From contig CANQHF010000003.1 in the NCBI GenBank assembly GCA_947623685.1, positions 7,321 to 71,320 on the forward strand: a DNA stretch of 64,000 nucleotides, read 5' to 3'. This DNA comes from an uncultured Bacilli bacterium. GTDB taxonomy: Bacteria; Bacillota_I; Bacilli_A; RF39; UBA660. Below, piece by piece: positions 43,981-54,349 of the stretch. Under the pieces are notes generated by a model. The model saw nothing but the letters and a program-made list of their open reading frames with translations. It was not told where the DNA came from and ran no database searches. The translations under genes and the position numbers were made by a program. The first letter of the stretch is position 1, and each line of letters starts with the position of its first letter.

Positions 43981-46722
43981 TTATGGACTTTGCGCTTCAT
44001 CAGTTGATGATGTTGTTTTTGCCTTAATGGTTATTTTTCTAGTAACAGTTTTTGTTTTTCCAGCATAAGTGATTTTATATGTTAAGGTATAGGTGCCTGG
44101 TTTACTTGTATCAATTGAACTAGGCTCTACCGTAATCGTACATTGATCCGTTACATCAACGGAATTATATAATACGATTATGCTTTTCTTTATGTCAAAT
44201 TGTTCCCCTTCGTTTAAGGTTACATCTTCTAACTTAACATCAAAATCAGTTACCACGGATACCTTATGTTCAACACCATTACTTCGGTTATTTTTATAAT
44301 TTGAGTATGCCGTGTAAATTACGTAAGTTGGATTTGAATAATTAGTTGTATGAGTATAAGTATTTGATGTTGTTGTTCCAACGTATATTTCACTTGAACC
44401 ATCTTTTTCTTTAATATATATGTCATATCCCAGTGAGCCATAGCCTTCATCATAATTTATGTTAAGCATATCTTCTGCACTTATACCATTCCAACTTAGG
44501 GTTACTTTATTACCAGATACTTTACTAGTTACGTTAGTTACACTAGGCAATATATTATTTGATTCATCAACTTCTTTTGGAGCAGTTCCTTTTCTAAAGT
44601 AACCAGTTACTTTCATAAAGTCAGGAGTGTTTGCCCCAGCTAATTTTAAAGGATCGGAGTTTTTTACAACTTGTACTGCTTCAATGCTAGATGGAACTTT
44701 AAAGGTTGCGCCATTTTTATCAAATAAATTATCTGCTAAATTACGATAAAATCTATCACGAATATTCCACGTTGCCGTAGTATTATAATGGCCTTGCTCT
44801 AAATCTTTATAACCATACCAGAAGGTTATCGTTTGAGTTGGCGTATAACCGCAAACCCATAATTCAGCAACGGCTTTACTTGAAAGCCCTTTTGCTTTTA
44901 TGGTTGCTGAATCATAGTTACTAGTTCCGGTTTTAGCTGCCGTTTGAACTCCTGATATATTTGCAGCTGTACGAGCAAGTCCATCAGTTGCTGACCAGTT
45001 AAGGGCGTAATTTATTATGTATGCCGTTGAATCATTCATTACTCTTGTTTTAGTCGCATTTGATTCAACTACTTCATCGGTTTCTTTATATACTATTTTT
45101 TTAATCGTATGTGGTTTAATATAATATCCACCATTTGAAAAGGCTTGATAAGCACCCGCCATAGTCATTGGGCTGGTTCTTGATTCTCCTTTTTTAGTTG
45201 AACCGATAAACGAACCAATGCTATGAGCTTCGTGAACTTTACCATTTTCTACTTCTGGGGTAATTCCTAAATCAGTTGCAAATTTAAGAATTTTATCATT
45301 TCCAGCTTCACTTGATACTTGTTGGAATGTTTTTAAAGCAGTAACGTTTCTTGAAAGACCAAGGGCTTGGTACATTGGAAGCATTCCGCGGTAACCACCA
45401 TCTGAGTTAGACATCCTTTTACCATTACTATAAGTATGCGGTGAATCATTTATGTAATTAACCGTTCCCCAGCCTAAATACTCAACTGCTGGACCATAAT
45501 CAAATATAGGTTTTGCGGTTGATCCTATTTGTTTATTTGTTTGGGTCGCGTAATTAAATGACATTTGTTTTTCTCTATTTCTTCCTGCTCCAACGGCGAT
45601 AACCTCGCCGGTTTCACTTGTTGTCATAACGATTCCGGCTTGAACAACGTCATTTTCCCAATTCCAAGCTTCACCTCTCATTACCTTATTAATGAAGTTT
45701 TGCTTATCTTTATTCATTGCGGTGTAAATTTTAAGAGGCGTTGTGTAAGGACTTAAATTATATTCATTTTTAAGTTCTTCGATAACCGTTTCTACATAAT
45801 CTTGATATTCTTTATAATCGTTGTTTTGCTGTTCTTTTTTTATGTATGAAGTAATTGGATTTGCTTGTGCTATTTTTCTTTCTTCTTCGGTTATGTAACC
45901 ATGTCTTTGCATTAGATAAAGAACCGTTTGTCTTCTTTTTTCAGCCCTTTCAGGATAATTATATGGATTATAATATATTGGAGATTGAAATAATCCAGCG
46001 ATGAATGATGCTTCAGCTAAATTAAGCTCACTAACTGATTTTCCAAAGTAATTTTTAGAAGCTTGTTCAACTCCATAAGCGTTATTACCTAAAAATGAAT
46101 CATTTACGTAAAATTCTATTATTTGTTTTTTGGTGTATTTTTTTTCTACTTTAAACATCGCCATATATATATCAGTAAACTTTCTTATGATACCCTTAAA
46201 GCCTTCTGTTATAACTTTTCCATTTTCTCTTGTATAGTTATTTTTTACTATCTGCATTGTTAAGGTAGACGCACCACCGGCATCACTTTTTCCTAGCACC
46301 TGACCAATACCAGCTTTTACGAATCTTAATAAATCAAATCCGTTATGTTGAAAGAACCTGGCATCTTCGGTTGCAATGATAGCATCAATTAATACTTCCG
46401 GTAACTCATCATACGTTATTTCGGTTCTGTTTTCGTTACCAAGTTTTACAATTAAATTATCATTTTGATCATATACTTCGGTCATCTGAGTGTATTTTAA
46501 ATTATTAGGATCAAATTTTGGGGCCTTAATTACTATGTACGCAAAGAAAATCATAATTAAAGCTGCAAAAAAGATAATACCTATTAATAAAACGTTTAAA
46601 ATAACTCTTTTTTTCTTGCTTGTTGTTTTTTTCTTATTAGTTGTTTTAGCTTTAATACTTGATGCTTTACTTTTTATTGTGCTTACTACTTTACTTTTTC
46701 TTTTGGTTCTTTTTTTCATCAT
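43981..46722 (-). CDS. class A penicillin-binding protein (transglycosylase/transpeptidase) with C-terminal Ig-like extension
   Basis: EDARFFQHNGFD and GGSTLTMQ transglycosylase motifs. STAKP (SxxK), SRN and KTGTS transpeptidase motifs. Confidence 0.9.
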   Translation of the reverse strand: MMKKRTKRKSKVVSTIKSKASSIKAKTTNKKKTTSKKKRVILNVLLIGIIFFAALIMIFFAYIVIKAPKFDPNNLKYTQMTEVYDQNDNLIVKLGNENRTEITYDELPEVLIDAIIATEDARFFQHNGFDLLRFVKAGIGQVLGKSDAGGASTLTMQIVKNNYTRENGKVITEGFKGIIRKFTDIYMAMFKVEKKYTKKQIIEFYVNDSFLGNNAYGVEQASKNYFGKSVSELNLAEASFIAGLFQSPIYYNPYNYPERAEKRRQTVLYLMQRHGYITEEERKIAQANPITSYIKKEQQNNDYKEYQDYVETVIEELKNEYNLSPYTTPLKIYTAMNKDKQNFINKVMRGEAWNWENDVVQAGIVMTTSETGEVIAVGAGRNREKQMSFNYATQTNKQIGSTAKPIFDYGPAVEYLGWGTVNYINDSPHTYSNGKRMSNSDGGYRGMLPMYQALGLSRNVTALKTFQQVSSEAGNDKILKFATDLGITPEVENGKVHEAHSIGSFIGSTKKGESRTSPMTMAGAYQAFSNGGYYIKPHTIKKIVYKETDEVVESNATKTRVMNDSTAYIINYALNWSATDGLARTAANISGVQTAAKTGTSNYDSATIKAKGLSSKAVAELWVCGYTPTQTITFWYGYKDLEQGHYNTTATWNIRDRFYRNLADNLFDKNGATFKVPSSIEAVQVVKNSDPLKLAGANTPDFMKVTGYFRKGTAPKEVDESNNILPSVTNVTSKVSGNKVTLSWNGISAEDMLNINYDEGYGSLGYDIYIKEKDGSSEIYVGTTTSNTYTHTTNYSNPTYVIYTAYSNYKNNRSNGVEHKVSVVTDFDVKLEDVTLNEGEQFDIKKSIIVLYNSVDVTDQCTITVEPSSIDTSKPGTYTLTYKITYAGKTKTVTRKITIKAKTTSSTDEAQSP

Positions 46723-46724
46723 AA

Positions 46725-47300
46725 TTAATTACCTCCAAAATATAATTTATCAATTATTTTTATATAGTCTAACCTAGGGCTATATTTTATTTCAATTTTA
46801 ACACCACGTTCTTTGAAAAAATCAAGCGGAATTGATTTCCTTTCGTTTTTATTTATAAATTCTTCTAAAACGTTAGTGGTTAAAAAATATGTTTCATTAA
46901 TGCTTGTAAATCTTACGATGATAAAGGATATTGCTCCTTTATTTTTAACTTTTATTAAGTGATCTATTTGATGTTTATGAATATTTGCTAAAGAAAATGA
47001 CGTTTTACTAGTAGTTTCTTTAGCTTCAAAATCAACGTATTTTCCGTTATATATACCATTATAATCAGTTGTCGAAGGAGTTTCAAAATAAGCTTCTTTT
47101 ATTTTCCCGGTTTTGTAGTCGACGTCAACTAATTTTATTGGCGTTGGTTTTTTATATATATATGCCACATCATTAATTCTATAATATTCATTAGATAAAT
47201 TTATGTCGTTTTCAAGATTCATTCCGCGATTTGCGAATCCTTTAATTACTTTATTTTTTTTACTTATGATAGATTTTGTTGATGTGTTTAGTTTAATCAT
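46725..47300 (-). CDS. recU: Holliday junction resolvase RecU
   Basis: GMNLENDIN...YIYKKPTPI...DFEAKET motifs. Conserved recU-pbp1 arrangement. Confidence 0.9.
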   Translation of the reverse strand: MIKLNTSTKSIISKKNKVIKGFANRGMNLENDINLSNEYYRINDVAYIYKKPTPIKLVDVDYKTGKIKEAYFETPSTTDYNGIYNGKYVDFEAKETTSKTSFSLANIHKHQIDHLIKVKNKGAISFIIVRFTSINETYFLTTNVLEEFINKNERKSIPLDFFKERGVKIEIKYSPRLDYIKIIDKLYFGGN

Positions 47301-47521
47301 TTAATCACCTTTTATAATTATACTACAATTGTTAATTTTTTTATATAAAAATTTGAAAATATTTGTCGAAAAAATAATTTTATAATTTAGGGTATGATAC
47401 CATAGCTATGGAGGTGTGTTTGATGAAGGATTTCTCACTTTTTTTGGTATTATTTGATGATTTAATTGATGATGTTATAAATTTGGAAGAAAAGTTAATC
47501 ATTACACATAAAATTAAATAG

Positions 47522-47800
47522 GTGATTAAATTGGAAGAAATCAAAGATTTATACGCTTTATTTCCACACGTTATATGTGTTTGGATCGTTTTAAACATTT
47601 TGGGAAACACGATTAAAATGACTTTTAAAATTCCTAGCAAATACATCGTTTGGATTTTACTTTTAGTTAGCATAATAATTAACTTTGCGTTTTTTAAAGT
47701 TAGTTTTGAAAGTTTTTTTATTGGGTTTGTAACCTTTAGTTTTTCCGTATCATCATATGATTTGGTAAAGTATTTATACCGTATTACAAAAAATAAATAA
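47522..47800 (+). CDS. small 3-TM membrane protein (holin-like?), uncertain
   Basis: 92-aa hydrophobic ORF with a GTG start and poor RBS. It competes with an implausible antisense ORF. Confidence 0.25.
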   Translation: MIKLEEIKDLYALFPHVICVWIVLNILGNTIKMTFKIPSKYIVWILLLVSIIINFAFFKVSFESFFIGFVTFSFSVSSYDLVKYLYRITKNK

Positions 47801-47878
47801 TTGTTAAGTATTATTAAACCACTTGTAAATTGACAAAACATTAAAAACTTGCGATAATGATAATTACAGAGGTGGTAA

Positions 47879-48205
47879 ATGATGTTTAATGGAAGAATTG
47901 CTTTAACTCCGCAAGATATTTTTGATAAGGATTTTAAAATTGATACTAGGGGATATAGGCTTCAAGAAGTAGATAAATACCTAGATCAAATAATAAAGGA
48001 TTACGTTGAGTTTATTAATATAATAAAAGAACTTAGAAACGAAAATAAAGATCTTGAAAGAGAAAACATGGATTTAAAGCATGAGCTTAGAAACTTAAAA
48101 GCGAACATAGACATAGTTAAAAAAAGTGAAAAAGAAATCACTAACGTAGACATACTAAGACGTTTATCACAACTGGAAAAATATATATATGATAAAGATG
48201 AATAA
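47879..48205 (+). CDS. gpsB: cell-cycle protein GpsB (DivIVA domain)
   Basis: LTPQDIFDKDFKIDTRGYRLQEVDKYLDQIIKDY followed by a coiled coil. Confidence 0.85.
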   Translation: MMFNGRIALTPQDIFDKDFKIDTRGYRLQEVDKYLDQIIKDYVEFINIIKELRNENKDLERENMDLKHELRNLKANIDIVKKSEKEITNVDILRRLSQLEKYIYDKDE

Positions 48206-48207
48206 TT

Positions 48208-48559
48208 GTTTTTACGTAAACGCTGCTAAAATTTTTAGTAGAGGAAAGTCCACGCTCACACGATTCCTGTGATCGGACGTAGTGTTCATGCAAAGGGAAT
48301 AAATAACCTTTGGTAGGTTAAACCTAACGGCGCCGAAGTAACCTATAGTCTTTTTGATATGGTTATGGTAGGCATAAAGTGCCATAGTGACGATTTTTTT
48401 AGGAAACTAAAAAAGTGGAACGGGTAAACCCCATGAGTGAGAAACCCAAATTTGGTAGGGGAACCCTTACGAAGGAAACGAACGGAGTAAGGGATGCTTT
48501 AATGCATAGATAAATGTTTACGACCAAGCAATTGGTACAGAACGTGGCTTATTAAAACC
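48208..48559 (+). ncRNA. rnpB: RNase P RNA (type B, Firmicute-type)
   Basis: GAGGAAAGTCCACGCTC, GTGCCATAGTGACG, GGTAAACCCCATGAGTGAGAAACCCAAATTTGGTAGGGGAAC and ACAGAACGTGGCTTA blocks. 5'/3' ends pair (GTTTTTACGTAAAC ... GTTTACG ... TTAAAAC). Sits directly after gpsB, as in Bacillus. Ends are approximate. Confidence 0.85.
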
Positions 48560-48584
48560 ATTATTTAAAGGGAGTTGATTAAGC

Positions 48585-49082
48585 TTGAAGGAAATAGGTG
48601 AGGAGTTAAAGGCTGCAAGGATACAGCAAGGCGTATCAATTGAAGAAGCGGCCCAAGATTTAAACTTAAGAGCTTCTCAAATTGAAAACATCGAAGAAGG
48701 TAACCTAAAGGTTTTTAAAGATGTGTTTTATTTAAAATCATTTATAAGGGGATATGCTAAATACCTTGGACTTGATGAAGAAAAAATAATTGATGATTTT
48801 AACGAGTATTTTTTTGAAGAAACTTCAAAAATACCAATAGATGAAATAGAAAAAGCAAGCAAGGAAAAGGAAAAAGAAAAAAAGGATGAACAAAAAGTTG
48901 CATCTCCTTATACAATGGAAGATAAACCTAAATCTAAGGTTATCCCAATAATTGTTTTTCTAATTATACTATTATTGGTGTTTTTAATATGTTATATAGT
49001 TGTAACGGAATATGTAATTCCAAAAGATAATAATATTAAAGATGATTTAACTTATTTACAAAATCAAGGGGTGGTTATATGA
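48585..49082 (+). CDS. RodZ-like HTH membrane protein
   Basis: N-terminal XRE-type HTH (LKAARIQQGVSIEEAAQDLNLR), acidic linker, single TM helix. Confidence 0.55.
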   Translation: MKEIGEELKAARIQQGVSIEEAAQDLNLRASQIENIEEGNLKVFKDVFYLKSFIRGYAKYLGLDEEKIIDDFNEYFFEETSKIPIDEIEKASKEKEKEKKDEQKVASPYTMEDKPKSKVIPIIVFLIILLLVFLICYIVVTEYVIPKDNNIKDDLTYLQNQGVVI

Positions 49083-49708
49083 ATTTAGCTAATAAAATAA
49101 CGATTACAAGAATTTTTTTAACAGTTATCTTAATAGTGATTTTGCTATTTCCATTTTATATGGTAAACATTTCTTTTCCTAAGGTTTTGATAGGAACCAT
49201 TATTGTTGATGTTAAATATTTTATTGCGGCAGGAATATTTGCAATAGCATCATTAACTGATGCATTAGATGGTTATATTGCAAGAAGCCGTAACATGGTA
49301 AGTGATTTTGGTAAGTTAACCGATGCAATAGCTGATAAGATGCTTGTTAATTCAACGCTTATTATTTTAGCATCCCAAGGTTTAGTAGCACCAGTTATTG
49401 CTGTTATAATAGTCTTTAGGGACGCCGTTGTTGATACGATAAAAATGCTTGCTGCAAGTAAGGGTAAAGTGGTTGCAGCAATAAAAATGGGAAAGGTTAA
49501 AACTACTTTTCTTATGCTTGGAATTATTTTAACGCTTTGCCATAATTTACCATTTGAATTATATAATCTTGATATAGCTAACTTTTTACTTGTTTTAGCA
49601 ACCGTTTTCTCGGTAATATCAGGGATTCAATACTACTTAATTAATAAAGATATAATTTTTTCAAAAGAAGAAAAATTAGAAATTGAAGAAGAAGTAAAAC
49701 AGAAATAA
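49079..49708 (+). CDS. pgsA: CDP-diacylglycerol--glycerol-3-phosphate 3-phosphatidyltransferase
   Basis: CDP-alcohol phosphatidyltransferase motif DALDGYIAR...GKLTDAIADK. Confidence 0.9.
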   Translation: MNLANKITITRIFLTVILIVILLFPFYMVNISFPKVLIGTIIVDVKYFIAAGIFAIASLTDALDGYIARSRNMVSDFGKLTDAIADKMLVNSTLIILASQGLVAPVIAVIIVFRDAVVDTIKMLAASKGKVVAAIKMGKVKTTFLMLGIILTLCHNLPFELYNLDIANFLLVLATVFSVISGIQYYLINKDIIFSKEEKLEIEEEVKQK

Positions 49709-49762
49709 CTTTTTTGCTATACAGAAAATAAGATTTTGTAGAAAAACCATAGTGTAAATGTT

Positions 49763-49776
49763 CAAACATTTGTTCG
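49763..49776. promoter_or_regulatory. candidate LexA (Cheo/SOS) box upstream of recA
   Basis: CAAACATTTGTTCG, whose reverse complement is CGAACAAATGTTTG. One mismatch to CGAAC-N4-GTTCG. About 10 nt upstream of the -35 box. Confidence 0.55.
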
Positions 49777-49785
49777 AAAAAACAC

Positions 49786-49814
49786 TTGATTTTTCTTTTT
49801 TTATGAATTATAAT
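49786..49814 (+). promoter_or_regulatory. sigmaA-type recA promoter
   Basis: TTGATT (49786-49791), 17-nt spacer, TATAAT (49809-49814). Confidence 0.5.
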
Positions 49815-49846
49815 TAAATTGTAATTTCTAATTAGGAGGATATTTA

Positions 49847-50860
49847 ATGGTAAAAAAAGTTGAAAACGATAGAACTTTAGAGCAAGTTCTTAAGGACATA
49901 GAAAAACAGTTTGGTAAGGGATCAATAATGAAATTAGGTGATGAATCTCATAATGAGATTGACGTTTCATCAACTGGTTCACTAACACTTGATATTGCTT
50001 TAGGTGTTGGTGGTTATCCTAAAGGAAGAATAATTGAAATATATGGTCCTGAATCATCTGGTAAGACTACTTTTGCACTACATGCGATAGCAGAAGTTCA
50101 AAAACAAGGTGGAAAAGCAGCTTTTATTGATGCGGAGCATGCCCTTGATCCTATTTATGCAAAAAATTTAGGAGTTGATATTAATGAATTATTATTGTCT
50201 CAACCAGACACAGGTGAGCAAGCACTAGAAATATGTGATGCATTAGTTAGAAGTGAAGCAATAAACATCGTTGTAATTGATTCGGTTGCAGCACTTGTTC
50301 CACAAGCTGAAATTGAAGGGGAGATGGGTGATTCTCACGTTGGACTTCAAGCTAGATTAATGAGTCAGGCTTTAAGAAAATTATCTGGTACAATTAGTAA
50401 AACCAACACAATAGTAATATTTATTAACCAATTAAGAGAAAAAGTAGGGGTTTTATTTGGTAATCCAGAAACCACAACTGGTGGTAGAGCACTTAAGTTT
50501 TATTCAACAATAAGATTAGACGTAAGAAGGGGAGAACAAATTAAAAACGGCGATAACGTAATAGGTAATAAAACTAATATTAAGGTTGTAAAAAACAAGG
50601 TTGCTCCACCATTTAAAACCGCAACGGTTGAAATAATGTATGGACAAGGTGTATCAAAAGAAGGCGAAATAATTGATTTAGCATCAGAAATTGGAATCAT
50701 TGACAAAAGTGGTGCTTGGTATGCATATAAAGGAGAAAAAATAGGGCAAGGTAAAGAAAATGCCAAAGCGTTTTTAATAGATAATCCAAAAATAAAAGAA
50801 GAAATAGAACAAAAGGTTCGTGAAAGCCACGGAATTATTACTAAAAAAGAAAATAAGTAG
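49847..50860 (+). CDS. recA: recombinase RecA
   Basis: GPESSGKTT Walker [10 protein letters not shown] and FINQLREK motifs. Confidence 0.98.
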   Translation: MVKKVENDRTLEQVLKDIEKQFGKGSIMKLGDESHNEIDVSSTGSLTLDIALGVGGYPKGRIIEIYGPESSGKTTFALHAIAEVQKQGGKAAFIDAEHALDPIYAKNLGVDINELLLSQPDTGEQALEICDALVRSEAINIVVIDSVAALVPQAEIEGEMGDSHVGLQARLMSQALRKLSGTISKTNTIVIFINQLREKVGVLFGNPETTTGGRALKFYSTIRLDVRRGEQIKNGDNVIGNKTNIKVVKNKVAPPFKTATVEIMYGQGVSKEGEIIDLASEIGIIDKSGAWYAYKGEKIGQGKENAKAFLIDNPKIKEEIEQKVRESHGIITKKENK

Positions 50861-50962
50861 CACTAAAAAAAGCTACTTTTTTATTTAAAAGTAAATTAAA
50901 AGAATAATAATTATTTATCTTTTTTCTTAAGCGTGTTATACTAAAAATAATGGAGGTATTAA

Positions 50963-51691
50963 ATGAAACCACAAAAAAATCCAATTCATATAGAAGCTAA
51001 AAAAAATGATATTGCCCCATTAGTATTATTACCAGGTGATCCACTTCGCGCTAAATATATTGCTGATAATTTTTTAAGTGATGTAAAACTAGTAAACACG
51101 GTGCGTAATATGAATGCATATACTGGAACTTACAAGGGTAAAAAAGTAAGTGTTGTTCCCTCTGGTATGGGAGTTCCTTCAGCTGGAATTTATGTGTTTG
51201 AATTATTGTATTATTTTGATGTAAAAAAAATAATTAGAATAGGAACTTGTGGAGCCGTATCTAAAGATTTAAAGTTGTTAGACGTTGTTTTAGCGGACTT
51301 GGTTTATAGTGAAACTGATTATGATAAACAATTTATAAATAAGGATATATCAGTTGTTTTACCATCAAAAAAATTAAATAAGATAATTGTTGATGAAGCA
51401 AAAAAACTAAATATACCAATAAAGCTAGGAACAACTAATACTACTTTAGTATTTGGCCCGTATGGTGATGAAAAAGGAATATATAAAAGAGTTCCTAAAG
51501 ATATAAATATAATCGCGGAGGAAATGGAAGGATTTGCGGTTTTGCTAACAGCTAAAAAATTTAAAAGGGATGCAGCAATTCTTTTGTCCGTTACTGATTC
51601 GCCATACATTAAAGAAGTTGTATCAAACGAAGATAGAAAAACCGCTTTAAATGATATGATAAAATTAGCTTTAGAAGCAATAATTAAATAA
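50963..51691 (+). CDS. deoD: purine nucleoside phosphorylase, DeoD type
   Basis: LLPGDPLRAKYIADNFL...TGTYKGKKVSV..SGMGVPS...IIRIGTCGA. Confidence 0.85.
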   Translation: MKPQKNPIHIEAKKNDIAPLVLLPGDPLRAKYIADNFLSDVKLVNTVRNMNAYTGTYKGKKVSVVPSGMGVPSAGIYVFELLYYFDVKKIIRIGTCGAVSKDLKLLDVVLADLVYSETDYDKQFINKDISVVLPSKKLNKIIVDEAKKLNIPIKLGTTNTTLVFGPYGDEKGIYKRVPKDINIIAEEMEGFAVLLTAKKFKRDAAILLSVTDSPYIKEVVSNEDRKTALNDMIKLALEAIIK

Positions 51692-51711
51692 AGGTTATCA
51701 ATTGATAACCT

Positions 51712-53079
51712 TTATTTAATTAAATCATTTACTAAGTTTATAAATTCATCTTTTATTTTGTTTACTTTATTTTCCGTTTTAGCTTCAAATCTTGCGGTTA
51801 TGTTAGGACCTGTGTTACTTGCCCTTACTAAAGCCCAACCATCACTAAAGGTAACTCTTACACCATCAATTGATATATATTTATATCCTTTTTTATCACA
51901 GTATTGTTTAACTTCTTCAATTACTTTAAACTTTTTATCATCTGCGCATGGTATTTTAATTTCTGGAGTATTACATAATTTTTCATAATCAAAGGTAAGC
52001 TCACTGATACTTTTGTTTTCATTACATAGTATTTCTTGTAATCTTAGCCCGGCGTAAATTCCATCATCATATCCTAAATGTCTATCATTAAAAAATACAT
52101 GACCAGAGTATTCACCACCGAAACATGCTGGATAATCATGAACATAACTTTCTATATATGCGCTTCCGTTACATACCATAATCGGGTTTCCACCATTTTT
52201 TTTAACGGAATCTTCAAGTGCCATGGAGCATTTAACATCCATTATAATGTTTTTATTATCACTTCTTTTTAATATGTCTTTTGAATAAATAGACATTAAT
52301 TTATCAGTTTCAATTATGCATCCTTTATTATCTACTATTCCAACTCTATCAGCATCACCATCGTATGCTATTCCTAAATCAGATTTAGTTTTAACAACCA
52401 TCTTACATAAATCCTTTAAATTATCAAATACGTTAGGGTCTGGGTGATGATTTGGAAAGGTAGGATCACTTTCTGAATATATGTATATAACATCACAATT
52501 AAAGTTTTTATATACATCTCTTATTATGGTAGATGCAGTTCCATTACCACAATCAATAACGACTTTTAATCTTTTTTTACTTAAGTTTATATCATTTATT
52601 AAGCTTTCTATGTATGGTTCTTTTATATCTATGTTTTTAACATTACCTTTTATTTTGCTATCAACTTTTTTATTATTTATAATTAAATCATAAAAATGAT
52701 TTAATTCATTTGTATTTAGATGTAAACAATTATTTCCAAATATTTTGAATCCATTTTCGTTTTTAGGATTATGGCTTGCGGTTACCATTATCGCGTACTC
52801 ATTATTTAATTTATGACACGCAAAATTAAGCATTGGTGTTGTAACAATTCCTAAATAAATTACGTTTATTGCACTATTTGTTAAGCCTTCTATTAGTTTT
52901 TTAACTAACTTATCGCCACCAATTCTATTATCTCGGCCTATTATGCAAGTATCAACTTTTTTTTCTTTTAAATAATATGCATATGCATAACCTATGGTTA
53001 ATGCAGTATCTTCATTTATTTGATCTTTATAAACACCTCTAATATCCCATTTTCTTAATATTGATTTATCTAACGCCAT
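51712..53079 (-). CDS. phosphomannomutase/phosphoglucomutase family protein
   Basis: Active-site TASHNP; GIAYDGDADR metal-binding loop; GEYSGH sugar-binding loop. Confidence 0.85.
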   Translation of the reverse strand: MALDKSILRKWDIRGVYKDQINEDTALTIGYAYAYYLKEKKVDTCIIGRDNRIGGDKLVKKLIEGLTNSAINVIYLGIVTTPMLNFACHKLNNEYAIMVTASHNPKNENGFKIFGNNCLHLNTNELNHFYDLIINNKKVDSKIKGNVKNIDIKEPYIESLINDINLSKKRLKVVIDCGNGTASTIIRDVYKNFNCDVIYIYSESDPTFPNHHPDPNVFDNLKDLCKMVVKTKSDLGIAYDGDADRVGIVDNKGCIIETDKLMSIYSKDILKRSDNKNIIMDVKCSMALEDSVKKNGGNPIMVCNGSAYIESYVHDYPACFGGEYSGHVFFNDRHLGYDDGIYAGLRLQEILCNENKSISELTFDYEKLCNTPEIKIPCADDKKFKVIEEVKQYCDKKGYKYISIDGVRVTFSDGWALVRASNTGPNITARFEAKTENKVNKIKDEFINLVNDLIK

Positions 53080-53264
53080 TTTTATCCTCCTTATTTTATT
53101 ATATCACGCATTATTTTATAATGTATAAGTAAATGATTATAAACGTATAAAAATATGTATATTAAAATTAAAATAGCGAATAATATATAATGACAATGTA
53201 AATACATTGTATTGACAAATTAATATTTAAAATGCTAATATAAAAATGAAAGGAAGTGATATAA

Positions 53265-53549
53265 TTGAGTAGTATTTCCAAGCAATCTAATTTGAACATA
53301 AGATTAGATAGTAATTTAAAAAAAGAAGCAGAAGCGCTTTTTAAAAGTTTGGGACTTAATATGACAAGCGCGATAAATGTTTTCTTAACTCAAAGTGTAA
53401 AAGAACAAAAAATACCTTTTGAGATAAAAGAAAAAAAGCCATCTAGGAAATTAATTAAAGCTTTAAAAGAAGCTGATAAAATAGCTAATGATCCAAACGT
53501 AAAAGCATATGATAACGTAGATGAAATGTTTAAGGATATATTAAAATGA
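53265..53549 (+). CDS. RelB/DinJ family antitoxin
   Basis: NIRLDSNLKKEAEALFKSLGLNMTSAINVFLTQ ribbon-helix-helix N-terminus. 4-nt overlap with the toxin gene. Confidence 0.8.
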   Translation: MSSISKQSNLNIRLDSNLKKEAEALFKSLGLNMTSAINVFLTQSVKEQKIPFEIKEKKPSRKLIKALKEADKIANDPNVKAYDNVDEMFKDILK

Positions 53550-53842
53550 ATTATAAAATTAAATACACCAATGTTTTTAAAAAACAAGTTAATAAGATGG
53601 CTAAACGTGGTAAAGATATTAATAAGTTAATTGATGTTATAAAAAAAATAAAAAATGGTGAAAAATTACCGATTAAATATAAAGATCATATGCTGAATGA
53701 TAATAAAAAATATAATAACTGTCACGAATGTCATATAGAACCAGACTGGCTTTTAGTTTATAAAATCTTTGATGACATAGTAGTTGTATCACTTATAGAA
53801 ACTGGTACCCATAGTGATATCTTTAAATGCATATTAATATAA
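53546..53842 (+). CDS. yafQ: YafQ family (RelE/ParE fold) toxin
   Basis: Has the KYKDHML...CHIEPDWLLVYK...ETGTHSDIF C-terminal signature. Confidence 0.8.
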   Translation: MNYKIKYTNVFKKQVNKMAKRGKDINKLIDVIKKIKNGEKLPIKYKDHMLNDNKKYNNCHECHIEPDWLLVYKIFDDIVVVSLIETGTHSDIFKCILI

Positions 53843-53858
53843 AAGGATAGGAGATAAA

Positions 53859-54236
53859 GTGATTTTTAAAGAATTTTATATATCAGGTAAAAATGATAAA
53901 AGTAATTGCGTAATAAGAAGTTTATGTAAGATTTTAAATAAAGAATATGATGATGTTTACAATGATTTATTAAAAATTGCAAAAAAATTAAATTGTGCTT
54001 CATTTAATGATGTCCCTGTATTTGAAAAATATATGGAAGATAATAATATTATTAAAATTAATTATGATGATGAAATAAAAGTTAAAGATTTAAAAATAGA
54101 TAATGGCTCTTATATTATATTTTGTTATGATAAGAAGGATTTTTATCATATGATTTCAATTATCAATAATGTTATATATGATAAAAATAATGATTGTATG
54201 GATTTATATGTTATAACGATTTATAAAAAGATTTAA
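53859..54236 (+). CDS. hypothetical 125-aa protein on a 413-bp cassette inserted behind yafQ
   Basis: GTG start behind GGAGA. The Cys (SNCVIRS) and His (FYHMISI) arrangement is faintly papain-like. No family recognised. Confidence 0.4.
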   Translation: MIFKEFYISGKNDKSNCVIRSLCKILNKEYDDVYNDLLKIAKKLNCASFNDVPVFEKYMEDNNIIKINYDDEIKVKDLKIDNGSYIIFCYDKKDFYHMISIINNVIYDKNNDCMDLYVITIYKKI

Positions 54237-54241
54237 AAGAT

Positions 54242-54267
54242 GCATATTATAGTTAATATGCTTTTTA
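54242..54267 (+). terminator. terminator GCATATTA-TAGT-TAATATGC + T-run
   Basis: 8-bp stem, 4-nt loop, T5. The same hairpin recurs at 58848-58873. Confidence 0.65.
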
Positions 54268-54281
54268 ATTGCTGCATATAA

Positions 54282-54310
54282 TTTACAAAACTAATAAATT
54301 ATGTTATATT
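54282..54310 (+). promoter_or_regulatory. sigmaA-type promoter of the leader/deaminase operon
   Basis: TTTACA (54282-54287), 17-nt spacer, extended -10 TGtTATATT (54302-54310). Confidence 0.45.
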
Positions 54311-54349
54311 ATGATCGTAAATTGTTTAAAGAAAGGAGTGTGATTAATT

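Noticed and set aside
47380-47841. 153-aa minus-strand ORF between recU and gpsB. Also a possible TAG read-through joining a 37-codon + strand ORF (47408-47521) to the 92-aa membrane ORF.
   Set aside because: The minus-strand translation looks like noise and has no RBS. The read-through idea rests only on adjacency and a short similar string (AATTTGGAAGAAA / AAATTGGAAGAAA). The + strand ORF is kept only as a low-confidence call.
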